This document shows positions 17,798 through 26,100 of a DNA stretch of 32,000 nt, piece after piece; within the stretch, counting starts at the first letter, position 1; every line of letters starts with the position of its first letter. A program made the translations under genes and the position numbers. The notes beneath the pieces are model-generated. The model had not been told where the DNA came from. It did not search any database and saw only the letters and a list, made by a program, of their open reading frames with translations. Where the stretch lies: contig NC_017459.1 in the NCBI RefSeq assembly GCF_000237865.1, positions 1,770,001-1,802,000 of the forward strand. Reading direction: 5' to 3'. Source of the stretch: Haloquadratum walsbyi C23 (GTDB taxonomy: Archaea; Halobacteriota; Halobacteria; Halobacteriales; Haloferacaceae).

Positions 17798-19513
17798 TCA
17801 CTGCAACTCAACCGTATTAAGGAAGGGTCCACCAACGGATGTGACAGTGTAGCTATCGGAGACAACAGCCTCATTGACGCCACGAAGTGTTTGTGCATAA
17901 TCAATGAATACCCATGGAGCCTCCTCACGTGCAATCCGATTTGCTTCGACATACAACTCCTCACGTGTCGCATCATCGTAACTTCGCTGTGCCTCACGGA
18001 CAAGTGACATATATTCAGAATGTGCCCATCCAGCAACGTTTAGTGGGCTATATCCTTCGGTATCGAAGCTGACCCAATTTTGTCCGTCTGGAACGGCATC
18101 GAGTGGGACTTTCGGATCAAGCAACACGTACATGAAATTATCAGGATCTGCGTTATCAGTGTACCATCCGAGGAAACAGGCGTCATGTCGCCCTTGATCT
18201 GTGTAGCTGAGATATGATGAGAATGTCGAAAACTGATTAATTTCAACGGTAAGCCCAATTTCTTCGAGATCTGAGCGGACTTGGTTTGCTGTTTCGACTG
18301 GACTTGGGTTGTATCCACGCGGATTTGAAAACGTGGCAAGCTCGAACTCAAATCCATCACCGTAGCCAGCCTCGTTAAGCAGACGACGAGCTTCATCCTT
18401 ATCAGTTGGATATGGTTCGAGGTCCTCATTATGTCCAAGAACGTCTGGTGGGAGTGGCTGATCAGCTGTCGTTGCAAATCCCTGATAAATGCTGTCGACA
18501 ATGGCTTGTGTATTAACTGCATATGAAACAGCTCGACGGACTTTCCGGCTTCGGAACTCCTCACGCCGGGATTGATTCATCGCCATATAGCCGACGTTGA
18601 TTCCATTCTTTGAGGCGAGGCGTGCGGACCCGGCGTTTTCAAGTTGTTGAGAAGATTGCGAATCAAGATTATCAGTGATGTGTGAGCTTCCGTTGATAAC
18701 ATCCTGCACTCGCGTTGAGTTCTGACCAATGGTCTTAAACACGACTTGTTCAACATTTGGTCCGTTCCCCCAATAATCGGCGTTAGCCGAAAGAAGTACC
18801 CGCTGGTTGCTGTTATCAAGTTCCGAGAACTCGAAGGCACCGGTTCCTTGTGGCTCTGTCCCGAGTTGTACCTGATTATCGAGTGACTCGATTTGTGATT
18901 TTGAGAGAATAGCAGCCGCAAACATCGCGAGGTTACGCAAAAACGGTGCATATTGCTGCGTGAGTTCAATTGTGACCTCGTACTCTCCGGTCGCTTCAAC
19001 TGTATCTACCCAATTACCAAAAGTAAACGGTCCATATCCTGATCTGTTTTCATCGCCAAGATAATGTTCATACTCGTTATCAGTAAATCGGCGAATTGTT
19101 GCGCGGACATCAGCTGCAGTAAATGATTCACCATTGTGAAATGTAACATCCTCACGGAGCGTTAGTGTCGCCGTTGTCCCCTCAAGTGAATATTCTGTTG
19201 CAAGCCCATCTCGAAGTTGTCCACCGCTTCCAGGAGTGAAGCCGACTAACTGGTCGTAGATTTGATTTGAAACTTTGGCAACTTCACCACTCGTTGTTTG
19301 CTGTGGATCGTAATTTTGTGGATGGTCACCACGGGCATATACAAGCGTTCCACTCAGGTCGGATTCAGCTTCATTACCACCCGTCGTTCCTGTCTCTGTC
19401 GTCTCATCACTTGCTGATCCATCGTCGCTTCCTGAACACCCTGCAAGGGTTGCTGCTGCTGCAGCACTTCCAGCGGTTGTAAGAAAGGTTCGCCGATCTA
19501 TATTAGAGGACAT
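17798..19513 (-). CDS. ABC transporter substrate-binding lipoprotein, family 5 (DppA/OppA type)
   Basis: MSSNIDRRTFLTTAGSAAAAATLAGCSG carries a twin-arginine motif plus a lipobox. A Thr/Glu-rich linker and an SBP_bac_5-like body follow. The track start at 19531 is a GTG. Confidence 0.9.
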   Translation of the reverse strand: MSSNIDRRTFLTTAGSAAAAATLAGCSGSDDGSASDETTETGTTGGNEAESDLSGTLVYARGDHPQNYDPQQTTSGEVAKVSNQIYDQLVGFTPGSGGQLRDGLATEYSLEGTTATLTLREDVTFHNGESFTAADVRATIRRFTDNEYEHYLGDENRSGYGPFTFGNWVDTVEATGEYEVTIELTQQYAPFLRNLAMFAAAILSKSQIESLDNQVQLGTEPQGTGAFEFSELDNSNQRVLLSANADYWGNGPNVEQVVFKTIGQNSTRVQDVINGSSHITDNLDSQSSQQLENAGSARLASKNGINVGYMAMNQSRREEFRSRKVRRAVSYAVNTQAIVDSIYQGFATTADQPLPPDVLGHNEDLEPYPTDKDEARRLLNEAGYGDGFEFELATFSNPRGYNPSPVETANQVRSDLEEIGLTVEINQFSTFSSYLSYTDQGRHDACFLGWYTDNADPDNFMYVLLDPKVPLDAVPDGQNWVSFDTEGYSPLNVAGWAHSEYMSLVREAQRSYDDATREELYVEANRIAREEAPWVFIDYAQTLRGVNEAVVSDSYTVTSVGGPFLNTVELQ

Positions 19514-19608
19514 AGATATATTGATATACACCGAGAAAGTCTGTTAAATGTTGCGTTAGTTACTCTTTCTAGTGGCAGTGACACTATTATTCCTCAATGT
19601 ACAGATTG

Positions 19609-19662
19609 TCAAGGCGACTGCCTCAGGGCTTTGACGTTGATGTGACCCCAAAACAGGTTCAC
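19609..19662 (-). repeat. Hairpin repeat family, copy C, in the spacer between the ABC ATPase and substrate-binding genes
   Basis: Plus strand reads TCAAGGCGACTGCCTCAGGGCTTTGACGTTGATGTGACCCCAAAACAGGTTCAC. Confidence 0.85.
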
Positions 19663-19691
19663 AATATACACTGTTCGCGGATTCAACAACA

Positions 19692-22268
19692 TCAATCTGT
19701 GTTTGATCGTCGAACGTCGCCATAGGTTGTGTTCGTATCTGTGTTAGTGTTAGTGTTAGCGTTAGCGTCAGTGTCAGTATCTGTATCTATTATTTCAAGT
19801 GGTTCAACATTCATATCGTCATCGTATCGATGACAGGCGGTTGGATGCGCTTCTTCCGCAGTCGATATACCGGATGATGATAAGACACTCTCTTTCGACG
19901 TCTCGAATGCTGGTGATTGTTGCTCACATACACTCGCAAAGCGCTCATGAAGCCGCGTTGTAGCTGTCTCGAAGTCACCGTTTACCACCGCCTTGAGCGC
20001 GGTGTTCACCACACGACGGTTTTTTCCACTGAGTGGATTATTGATATATCTTTTGGAAAGAGTATCGATAAGTGCATCTTCATCTGTCACGCCTGTTTCT
20101 TCTTGAATTGCATCGACATCGATAGCAGCATTAGACACACGTTCACGTAGTGTCATTATATCACGATATGTTGATTGATCAATTTCAACATCATCGGGAG
20201 GGATAACCTCGGGACATCTCGTCCGGAAATGACATCCTGATGGTGGGTCAATAGGAGATGGAACATCGCCGTCAAGTATCACACGGTCTGTGTGTGCTGT
20301 TGGGTCAGGAACAGGAATTGCAGACAGCAGCGCGCGGGTGTAGGGGTGCTGTGGCGTTGTAAAGAGTGTTTCCGTTGGCGCAATCTCAACAATTTCGCCG
20401 AGATACATCACGGCGATACGATCACAAATATGTCTGACAACACTGAGATCATGTGCGATGAAGAGGAAGGTAAGTCCAAATTCGGATTGTAGATCTTTGA
20501 GTAGATTAAGTATCTGAGCTTGCACAGACACGTCAAGCGCTGATACAGGTTCATCACAGATAATAAACTCTGGGTCGACGGCAATTGCACGGGCAATGCC
20601 TACACGCTGCCGCTGCCCACCTGAGAGTTCATGTGGATATCGATCGCGCTGATTTGGGTCCAATCCAACAGCGTTCAACAATTCTGTGACACGTTGTTTG
20701 CGTGTAGTTTGATTTGATGAATTGGTATCTGCAGGAAGATCGTGAATCTGTAGCGGTTCAGCAATGATCTGTTCAACTCTCATCCGTGGATCAAGTGACG
20801 ACATTGGATCCTGAAAGATCATCTGGAGATCGCATCGCCGTTTGCGTAATTCGCTTTTCGACAGATCTGTGAGATCATCACCAGCAAAAACCACTCGACC
20901 ATCTGTTGGTTCAATTAATTGGAGGATACTTTGTCCGGTCGTTGATTTCCCACAGCCCGACTCACCGACTAATCCAACCGTTTCCCCCTTATACACTGTT
21001 AAATCGACGCCATCGACGGCTTTGACACGCTCAGTATCGAGTTCGAGATATTTATCAAGCGGGCTTTCCGATTGCAGAAAATGTTTTTGCAGTCCATCAA
21101 CCTCAAGGATGGGGTCACTGGTTTGCATTGTCGTCTCAGCTGTGAGATCTGCATCTGTTCCATACTCGTCTTCATTAAATTCGTCAAGAATACACTTTGC
21201 GCGATGATCAACATCTGCAGGACCATGTTGACGAGATGCAATATCACCATGACGGCACGCTGGTTCTGCCCATGGACACCGTGGAGCGAAATTACATCCT
21301 TCTGGCATATCAATAAGATCTGGGACATTTCCATCGATTGGCGTCAGGCGATCACGATTTGCTGTGGGAATCGACTCAAGTAGGGCATAGGTGTATGGAT
21401 GTGATGGATTCGTGAAGATTTCTTCAACAGGACCCTCCTCGACAATCTTACCAGCGTACATCACAGCAACACGATCACATGTCTCAGCGACAACTCCGAG
21501 ATCGTGTGTAATAAATAATACACCCATACCGAGGTCAGCTTGAAGCTCGTTTATTAATTCAAGAATCTGTGCTTGGATTGTCACATCAAGTGCCGTCGTT
21601 GGCTCATCTGCAATAAGGATATTTGGTTGACACGCAAGTGCAATTGCGATGAGGACTCGTTGCCGCATTCCACCAGAGAATTCATGTGGATACTCATCAA
21701 TTCGTGAGGCAGGCTCTGAGATTCCTACCTGTGAAAGAACATCGATTGTGCGCTCAACGACAGCATTGTCCGGATTAGATCTGATACGGGTAAGCATCTC
21801 GCGAATCGCATTAATCCACGTGTCTTTTTTTCGATTACCGAACTGGTGTAGTTTGAGAGATTCAGCTACCTGTTCGCCAATCGTAAGTGCCGGATTGAGC
21901 GAGGTCATTGGGTCTTGGAAAATCATACTCATCTCTGCACCACGAACCGATCGAAGTGCTTCCTCAGGCGCTTCAGTAAGTAGAATTTGATCACCATCGA
22001 CAAATGATAGATCTGTATATTGATCTCGAAACATCTCTGCCAGTGATGCAGATTGTATTGTTACTTCTCCTCCAATAACCTGACCAGGGTCATCTATCAA
22101 CCCCATCGCTGAGAGGGCGGTGACACTTTTTCCACTACCGGATTCACCAACAAGTCCAACGGTCTCACCGGCATGAACATCAAGTGACACATCATCAACT
22201 GCCTTGACTTGCCCACGCTCAGTAGAAAACTGCGTACGGAGTTCTGAAAGCGAGAGAATCGGGGACAT
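19692..22268 (-). CDS. ABC transporter ATP-binding protein, fused DppD-DppF (two ATPase cassettes) with a long C-terminal extension
   Basis: It has two Walker A sites ([16 protein letters not shown]), two LSGG signatures ([16 protein letters not shown]) and two oligopeptide-type Cys-rich C-terminal motifs. The tail ends in a [19 protein letters not shown] tract. Confidence 0.95.
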   Translation of the reverse strand: MSPILSLSELRTQFSTERGQVKAVDDVSLDVHAGETVGLVGESGSGKSVTALSAMGLIDDPGQVIGGEVTIQSASLAEMFRDQYTDLSFVDGDQILLTEAPEEALRSVRGAEMSMIFQDPMTSLNPALTIGEQVAESLKLHQFGNRKKDTWINAIREMLTRIRSNPDNAVVERTIDVLSQVGISEPASRIDEYPHEFSGGMRQRVLIAIALACQPNILIADEPTTALDVTIQAQILELINELQADLGMGVLFITHDLGVVAETCDRVAVMYAGKIVEEGPVEEIFTNPSHPYTYALLESIPTANRDRLTPIDGNVPDLIDMPEGCNFAPRCPWAEPACRHGDIASRQHGPADVDHRAKCILDEFNEDEYGTDADLTAETTMQTSDPILEVDGLQKHFLQSESPLDKYLELDTERVKAVDGVDLTVYKGETVGLVGESGCGKSTTGQSILQLIEPTDGRVVFAGDDLTDLSKSELRKRRCDLQMIFQDPMSSLDPRMRVEQIIAEPLQIHDLPADTNSSNQTTRKQRVTELLNAVGLDPNQRDRYPHELSGGQRQRVGIARAIAVDPEFIICDEPVSALDVSVQAQILNLLKDLQSEFGLTFLFIAHDLSVVRHICDRIAVMYLGEIVEIAPTETLFTTPQHPYTRALLSAIPVPDPTAHTDRVILDGDVPSPIDPPSGCHFRTRCPEVIPPDDVEIDQSTYRDIMTLRERVSNAAIDVDAIQEETGVTDEDALIDTLSKRYINNPLSGKNRRVVNTALKAVVNGDFETATTRLHERFASVCEQQSPAFETSKESVLSSSGISTAEEAHPTACHRYDDDMNVEPLEIIDTDTDTDANANTNTNTDTNTTYGDVRRSNTD
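19734..19792. repeat. Imperfect hexanucleotide microsatellite (GTGTYA/GCGTTA)n inside the ATPase 3' end
   Basis: GTATCTGTGTTAGTGTTAGTGTTAGCGTTAGCGTCAGTGTCAGTATCTGTATCT encodes (TD)n(AN)n(TN)n on the minus strand. Confidence 0.75.
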
Positions 22269-22377
22269 ATCTTCATTATGATCGCCTCTGAGGAAAATAC
22301 CTTTTCACACCTACAAGGTAACTAGGTATGCTTGTATAGCATAAATATAGACACACACATATCTGGGATGAACTCAC

Positions 22378-22410
22378 CTTGGGTCAATTCTCGAGGCAGT
22401 CGCCTTGTAC
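22378..22410 (+). repeat. Degenerate, internally deleted copy of the hairpin repeat in the opposite orientation
   Basis: TTGGGTCAATTCTCGAGGCAGTCGCCTTGTAC compares with the minus strand of copy C, TTGGGGTCACATCAACGTCAAAGCCCTGAGGCAGTCGCCTTGACA. The 15-mer GAGGCAGTCGCCTTG is identical. Confidence 0.4.
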
Positions 22411-22465
22411 CGCCTGTACACGCTCTAAGCGAACGTTTATTCGCCTCCCGAGATCGAACAATAAT

Positions 22466-23095
22466 ATGGATGACGGACGATCAGACTCAGATATAAATAT
22501 CAATGAATCAAGATCAAATATGAGTGAAAGTGTTGATTATCGAATAACCGGTCACGATGATCGCTGGGAGCGTGTGATTGATGATATGTCGACTACAGCG
22601 ACCGAGTACCGCAACGCGGGGTGGGAGACTCTTGAGTTACATCCAGGTGATATACTCCCGATACCACCGGAAGATGGGACTAATGAGACAAGTCTCACTT
22701 CCTCAGATGGCACCGATTACACACCCACAACAAACGATACTACTCAGAATGAATCTGAGCCACACGCACGTACCGGATTAGAGATTATCATTCCTGATAA
22801 TGAATTCAGCCAACTTAGCGATATAACAAGCAATAAAATATTTGATGAATATGAATCCTTCCGGGCAGAGAGAGGAGATATATTATTTGTAGTTGTTGCG
22901 ATCAAAGCATCGGCTGATGATACTGTTGTGTTTGTGCCACTTTATTATCAATCGAGTGATGCACAGCGGATGGCACAGCGCGCGATGACACGCGGTAAAA
23001 TCAGTCTATTTGTCCGACCTCTCAACAATGATCGTCAAGTTGTGTTCTCACAGTCAAATCCAGAACTGCTGCTCCCGGCTGAGTTTGAGACGTGA
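22466..23095 (+). CDS. Conserved hypothetical acidic protein
   Basis: Acidic composition throughout. The C-terminal half is ordered-looking (GLEIIIPDNEFSQLSD...ILFVVVAIKASADDTVVFVPLYYQSSDAQRMAQRAM). The track start at 22379 is a TTG. ATGs lie at 22466 and 22520, and the true start is unresolved. Confidence 0.6.
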   Translation: MDDGRSDSDININESRSNMSESVDYRITGHDDRWERVIDDMSTTATEYRNAGWETLELHPGDILPIPPEDGTNETSLTSSDGTDYTPTTNDTTQNESEPHARTGLEIIIPDNEFSQLSDITSNKIFDEYESFRAERGDILFVVVAIKASADDTVVFVPLYYQSSDAQRMAQRAMTRGKISLFVRPLNNDRQVVFSQSNPELLLPAEFET

Positions 23096-23176
23096 TGTTA
23101 GACATTCATAGATAAGTTTAAATTCAATCCACGCAGTGTTTCCCAGGTAATAATTATGACAATAGTATTCATTACT

Positions 23177-23593
23177 CTAATTAACTCGGCGCACTCGCAT
23201 TGCTAATGCGACTCCCCCAATGATTGACCCACCTCCAACGCTGCCGTATAATGCCCACTGACCAAGATTGAATGGTGTCGTCCGCATTGATTGTACCCGC
23301 CGCTGGTGATACTCAGCGTATGTTACGTTCTGACACGCAGCAACTGTTGTTTGATTCAATGGTTGTCGCATCAGACCAATCCCACCATCGACAAGGCGGG
23401 TATCATTAGCAAGTTCTCCGCAGTTACGCTGGAGGTTCTCATGCGCTGTCTGTGTCGAGGTCGACAGGTTTGCATATGTGATACCCACGAGCACAGCAAT
23501 CCCAAAAAGAACGATGAATGAGCAAATACCAATTGCTTCCCAATCGATGCTCGTCTTTGCACCGATCTCTGTGGTTGATTGATCATCGTTCAT
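23177..23593 (-). CDS. Hypothetical membrane protein (N- and C-terminal TM segments)
   Basis: MNDDQSTTEIGAKTSIDWEAIGICSFIVLFGIAVLVGITY...WALYGSVGGGSIIGGVALAM. The track start at 23728 is a GTG followed by a basic, Cys-containing extension. Confidence 0.55.
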   Translation of the reverse strand: MNDDQSTTEIGAKTSIDWEAIGICSFIVLFGIAVLVGITYANLSTSTQTAHENLQRNCGELANDTRLVDGGIGLMRQPLNQTTVAACQNVTYAEYHQRRVQSMRTTPFNLGQWALYGSVGGGSIIGGVALAMRVRRVN

Positions 23594-23755
23594 TTTATTA
23601 TTCCCGTTTGTGGGTGTACTGATGACAGCTATTTGTTGACATCGTTCTGGCTTATGCAGATGATATCCTCCGACGTACTCATCTAGATGAATTCTCTTTC
23701 GTGTTATTGCAGATATAACACAACGCACAAATCTATTCCGACAGAGTACTTGACG

Positions 23756-24769
23756 ATGAGTGGTGGGCAGAATTCAGATGCCGAGGCATCAATAAAATGT
23801 ATCGATACCGATATTGATATCGATGTATTCCGTAATCGACTAATCTCATGGTATGAGGCTGAGCATCGAGAGTTTCCATGGCGAGAAACCGATGATCCTT
23901 ATGCAATCCTCGTCTCGGAGGTGATGAGTCACCAAACACAACTTGATCGCGTCGTCGAAGCCTGGAAAGACTTCATTCAACGGTGGCCGACGGTTGAGGC
24001 ACTCGCTGGGGATAGTCAATCTGCAGTTGTCACATTTTGGAGTGAGCATGCACTTGGCTATAATAATCGCGCAAGCTATTTACACGAAGCAGCGAATCAA
24101 GTTGTTGACGAGTATGATGGAACAGTTCCAGCTGATCCTGATGAATTACTTTCGTTGATGGGTGTTGGACCATACACAGCAAATGCCGTTGCATCATTTG
24201 CGTTTAATAATGGTGATGCTGTTGTTGACACGAATGTCGAGCGTGTTCTATACCGTGTGTTCAAACAGATTCGGCAAGCAGATGATCCACCATATGAACA
24301 AACTGCAAGCGCGTTATTGCCAGTAGAAAGATCACGTACTTGGAATAATGCGATTATGGAACTTGGCGGAGTTGCCTGTAAAAAAACACCACGATGTGAT
24401 GAGGCTAATTGCCCGTGGCGGCAGTGGTGTCACGCGTATCAAACAGGCGATTTCACTGCGCCTGATGTGCCGACACAACCGTCATTTGAGGGAAGCCGTC
24501 GGCAGTTTCGTGGTCGGATTGTGCGAACACTCGGGGAGCATGGGGAGTTGGCACTTGATACACTTGGTCATCGGATTCGTGTTGATTATAGCCCAGAGGG
24601 GACGCACGGTCGCGATTGGCTTTATGAGATTGTCACAGATCTAGCGGATGATGGACTTGTGAATATACAAACATCAACTGCTGGAACAACTGAGACAGAA
24701 TCAGCCAGTATGAGTCAAAGCGACGGAAGTGAGACTTTGTCGTCGATCTTTGTCAGCCTTCAGTCCTGA
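23756..24769 (+). CDS. mutY: A/G-specific adenine DNA glycosylase (MutY-like, HhH-GPD with 4Fe-4S loop)
   Basis: FPWRETDDPYAILVSEVMSHQTQLDRV, the hairpin-helix LMGVGPYTANAVASFAFN, VVDTNVERV and the Cys cluster CKKTPRCDEANCPWRQWC. The ATG at 23687 would add a basic Cys-rich 23 aa that looks non-native. Confidence 0.85.
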   Translation: MSGGQNSDAEASIKCIDTDIDIDVFRNRLISWYEAEHREFPWRETDDPYAILVSEVMSHQTQLDRVVEAWKDFIQRWPTVEALAGDSQSAVVTFWSEHALGYNNRASYLHEAANQVVDEYDGTVPADPDELLSLMGVGPYTANAVASFAFNNGDAVVDTNVERVLYRVFKQIRQADDPPYEQTASALLPVERSRTWNNAIMELGGVACKKTPRCDEANCPWRQWCHAYQTGDFTAPDVPTQPSFEGSRRQFRGRIVRTLGEHGELALDTLGHRIRVDYSPEGTHGRDWLYEIVTDLADDGLVNIQTSTAGTTETESASMSQSDGSETLSSIFVSLQS

Positions 24770-24789
24770 AAGCCACTCTCGATCTTGTC

Positions 24790-25310
24790 GACAACACTGT
24801 ATCACTGCAATGTGATACCCTACCCTACTCCGTTGTCGCTCCGGTGAGGGTGGGGCTTCTGTGCTCTCGTATCGGACTTTCTGTTTCAACGACGAAATTT
24901 GAAACCAACTCGTCTCGATGACGAACACCCTCAGAGATTCCAGTCGCCGACAGACCTTCTGAGTCGGACCGTCCCAGCCCTACATTCGAAACCGCAAGAA
25001 GAGATCTCTTTTTTCTCGAAGTCCAAGTCCACTCCCACTCCCAAATCGTTCAATCCAAAATGCTGAATCTCTATCGATGCATTCTGGTCTCTATCTGTCT
25101 CATAACCACATGATGAACATGAATGCTCTCGAACTCATAACGGCTTCTCCGATTCGACACCGCACTTCGCACACTGCTTCGTCGTCCCTTCAGGTAGAAC
25201 TTCCACTATCACTATGTGACACCCATTCTTTTACCGTGGTATTCAAACTCTTTCCTGAGCTTGTACCACGACATCGACGCAATATTTTGATTGTTCGCAT
25301 TCTGTCGCTT
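24790..25310 (-). pseudogene. IS1341-type TnpB pseudogene (C-terminal ~150 codons only, with stops and a frameshift)
   Basis: Minus strand reads KRQNANNQNIASMSWYKLRKEFEYHGKRMGVT-stop-stop. After a frameshift it reads VEVLPEGTTKQCAKCGVESEKPL-TGA-VREHSCSSCGYETDRDQNASIEIQHFGLNDLGVGV ... VVETESPIREHRSPTLTGATTE-TAG, then GGTAGGGTA. The zinc-finger/RuvC-III region of TnpB is recognisable. The TGA at 25137-25135 sits where haloarchaeal TnpB proteins, as I recall them, have Trp. Confidence 0.75.
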
Positions 25311-25423
25311 ATGTATTATAATTAATAGACGGCTGTATCCCCTCACTCGTTCGTTTCACTCACTTCTTGAGGGAGGGGACTTAGCCTCGTAATTATTAAA
25401 TCATACACCCCAAATTATGTTAT

Positions 25424-25537
25424 ATGTTTATTCTTGAAATAACAGGCGAACCGCTCCCAATTGCAGAGACTGGTGGTGTTATACTGATAGTTGGCATCGC
25501 AATGACAATTGGATGGTTAGCGTATTTATATCGCTAG
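25424..25537 (+). CDS. Candidate 37-aa single-TM micro-protein
   Basis: The ATG at 25424 gives MFILEITGEPLPIAETGGVILIVGIAMTIGWLAYLYR, with a stop at 25535-25537. An AT-rich TATA-like AATTATTAAA lies at 25391-25400, about 25-33 nt upstream. It is too short for the ORF track, and no homology check was possible. Confidence 0.35.
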   Translation: MFILEITGEPLPIAETGGVILIVGIAMTIGWLAYLYR

Positions 25538-25587
25538 CGACCTCTTCAATAACTGAATTTAGGACCTTCTTTTTGAATCTACAGATA

Positions 25588-25645
25588 TCAAGACGAGTGC
25601 CTCGGGGCTTTGATGTTGATGAGACCCCAATGGTGAAGCCGACAT
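25588..25645 (-). repeat. Hairpin repeat family, copy D (GTCGGCTTCACC subtype)
   Basis: Plus strand reads TCAAGACGAGTGCCTCGGGGCTTTGATGTTGATGAGACCCCAATGGTGAAGCCGACAT. Confidence 0.85.
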
Positions 25646-25705
25646 GAACAGTTATCACACCACATGTCTTATCAAAAGATACAGCTAGAAGATCTCAAAG
25701 ACGGA

Positions 25706-25930
25706 TTAAAGATCTTCATCCGATGCTGGCTGCGACAGTCTGGAACTGTGGACTCTCTCAACATCCGCCACTGGCGGTGCGACGAGGGTTTCAACGGGGG
25801 CTGGTGGAGGCCGAGTCCCCAACTCCCACGGACGCACTGCGTGTTCGGGTGTTACTTCCAGCCGACTCCTCACGGAGAGGGTCGGGAGGAATGAAATTCG
25901 CCTGCGGGTGCGGTGCTGACCCAAAACAGT
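25706..25930 (-). pseudogene. Possible second-type TnpB C-terminal relic in a locally GC-richer patch
   Basis: The minus ORF tail WELGTRPPPAPVETLVAPPVADVERVHSSRLSQPASDEDL resembles the ...LGxxxSExTPVETA...RVVEAGSP... ends of haloarchaeal TnpB. Hairpin copy D lies ~60 nt downstream on the same strand. Confidence 0.35.
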
Positions 25931-26039
25931 GAATCATCGGGCTTGTCCCCGAGATACTTCACGCAGTCGAGCAGTTTAGTCTCATGTAATCGAATGATGC
26001 GACAGAGGAAAGCCGTCTCACCGTCAGATAAAAAAGCAC

Positions 26040-26045
26040 TCCTGA
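26040..26045 (-). terminator. Oligo-T (T6) candidate terminator after the CinA-like gene
   Basis: An A6 run on the plus strand, ~55 nt downstream of the stop at 26101. Confidence 0.3.
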
Positions 26046-26100
26046 GTCTCCGGTCGGTTTATCTGAGAACTTTCGTTATATCTGAATTGAACTTTATTGC

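Noticed and set aside
23594-23755. Long N-terminal extensions of the two divergent genes (track starts 23728 on the minus strand and 23687 on the plus strand), which would make the genes overlap head to head
   Set aside because: The extensions are basic and Cys-rich, unlike the acidic bodies of the proteins, and one uses a GTG. The shorter ATG starts leave a normal 162-nt divergent promoter region.
24874-24881. GAAAGTCC on the minus strand, reminiscent of the RNase P RNA CR-I motif
   Set aside because: It is an isolated 8-mer inside the tnpB relic. I found none of the other conserved RNase P regions or helices around it.
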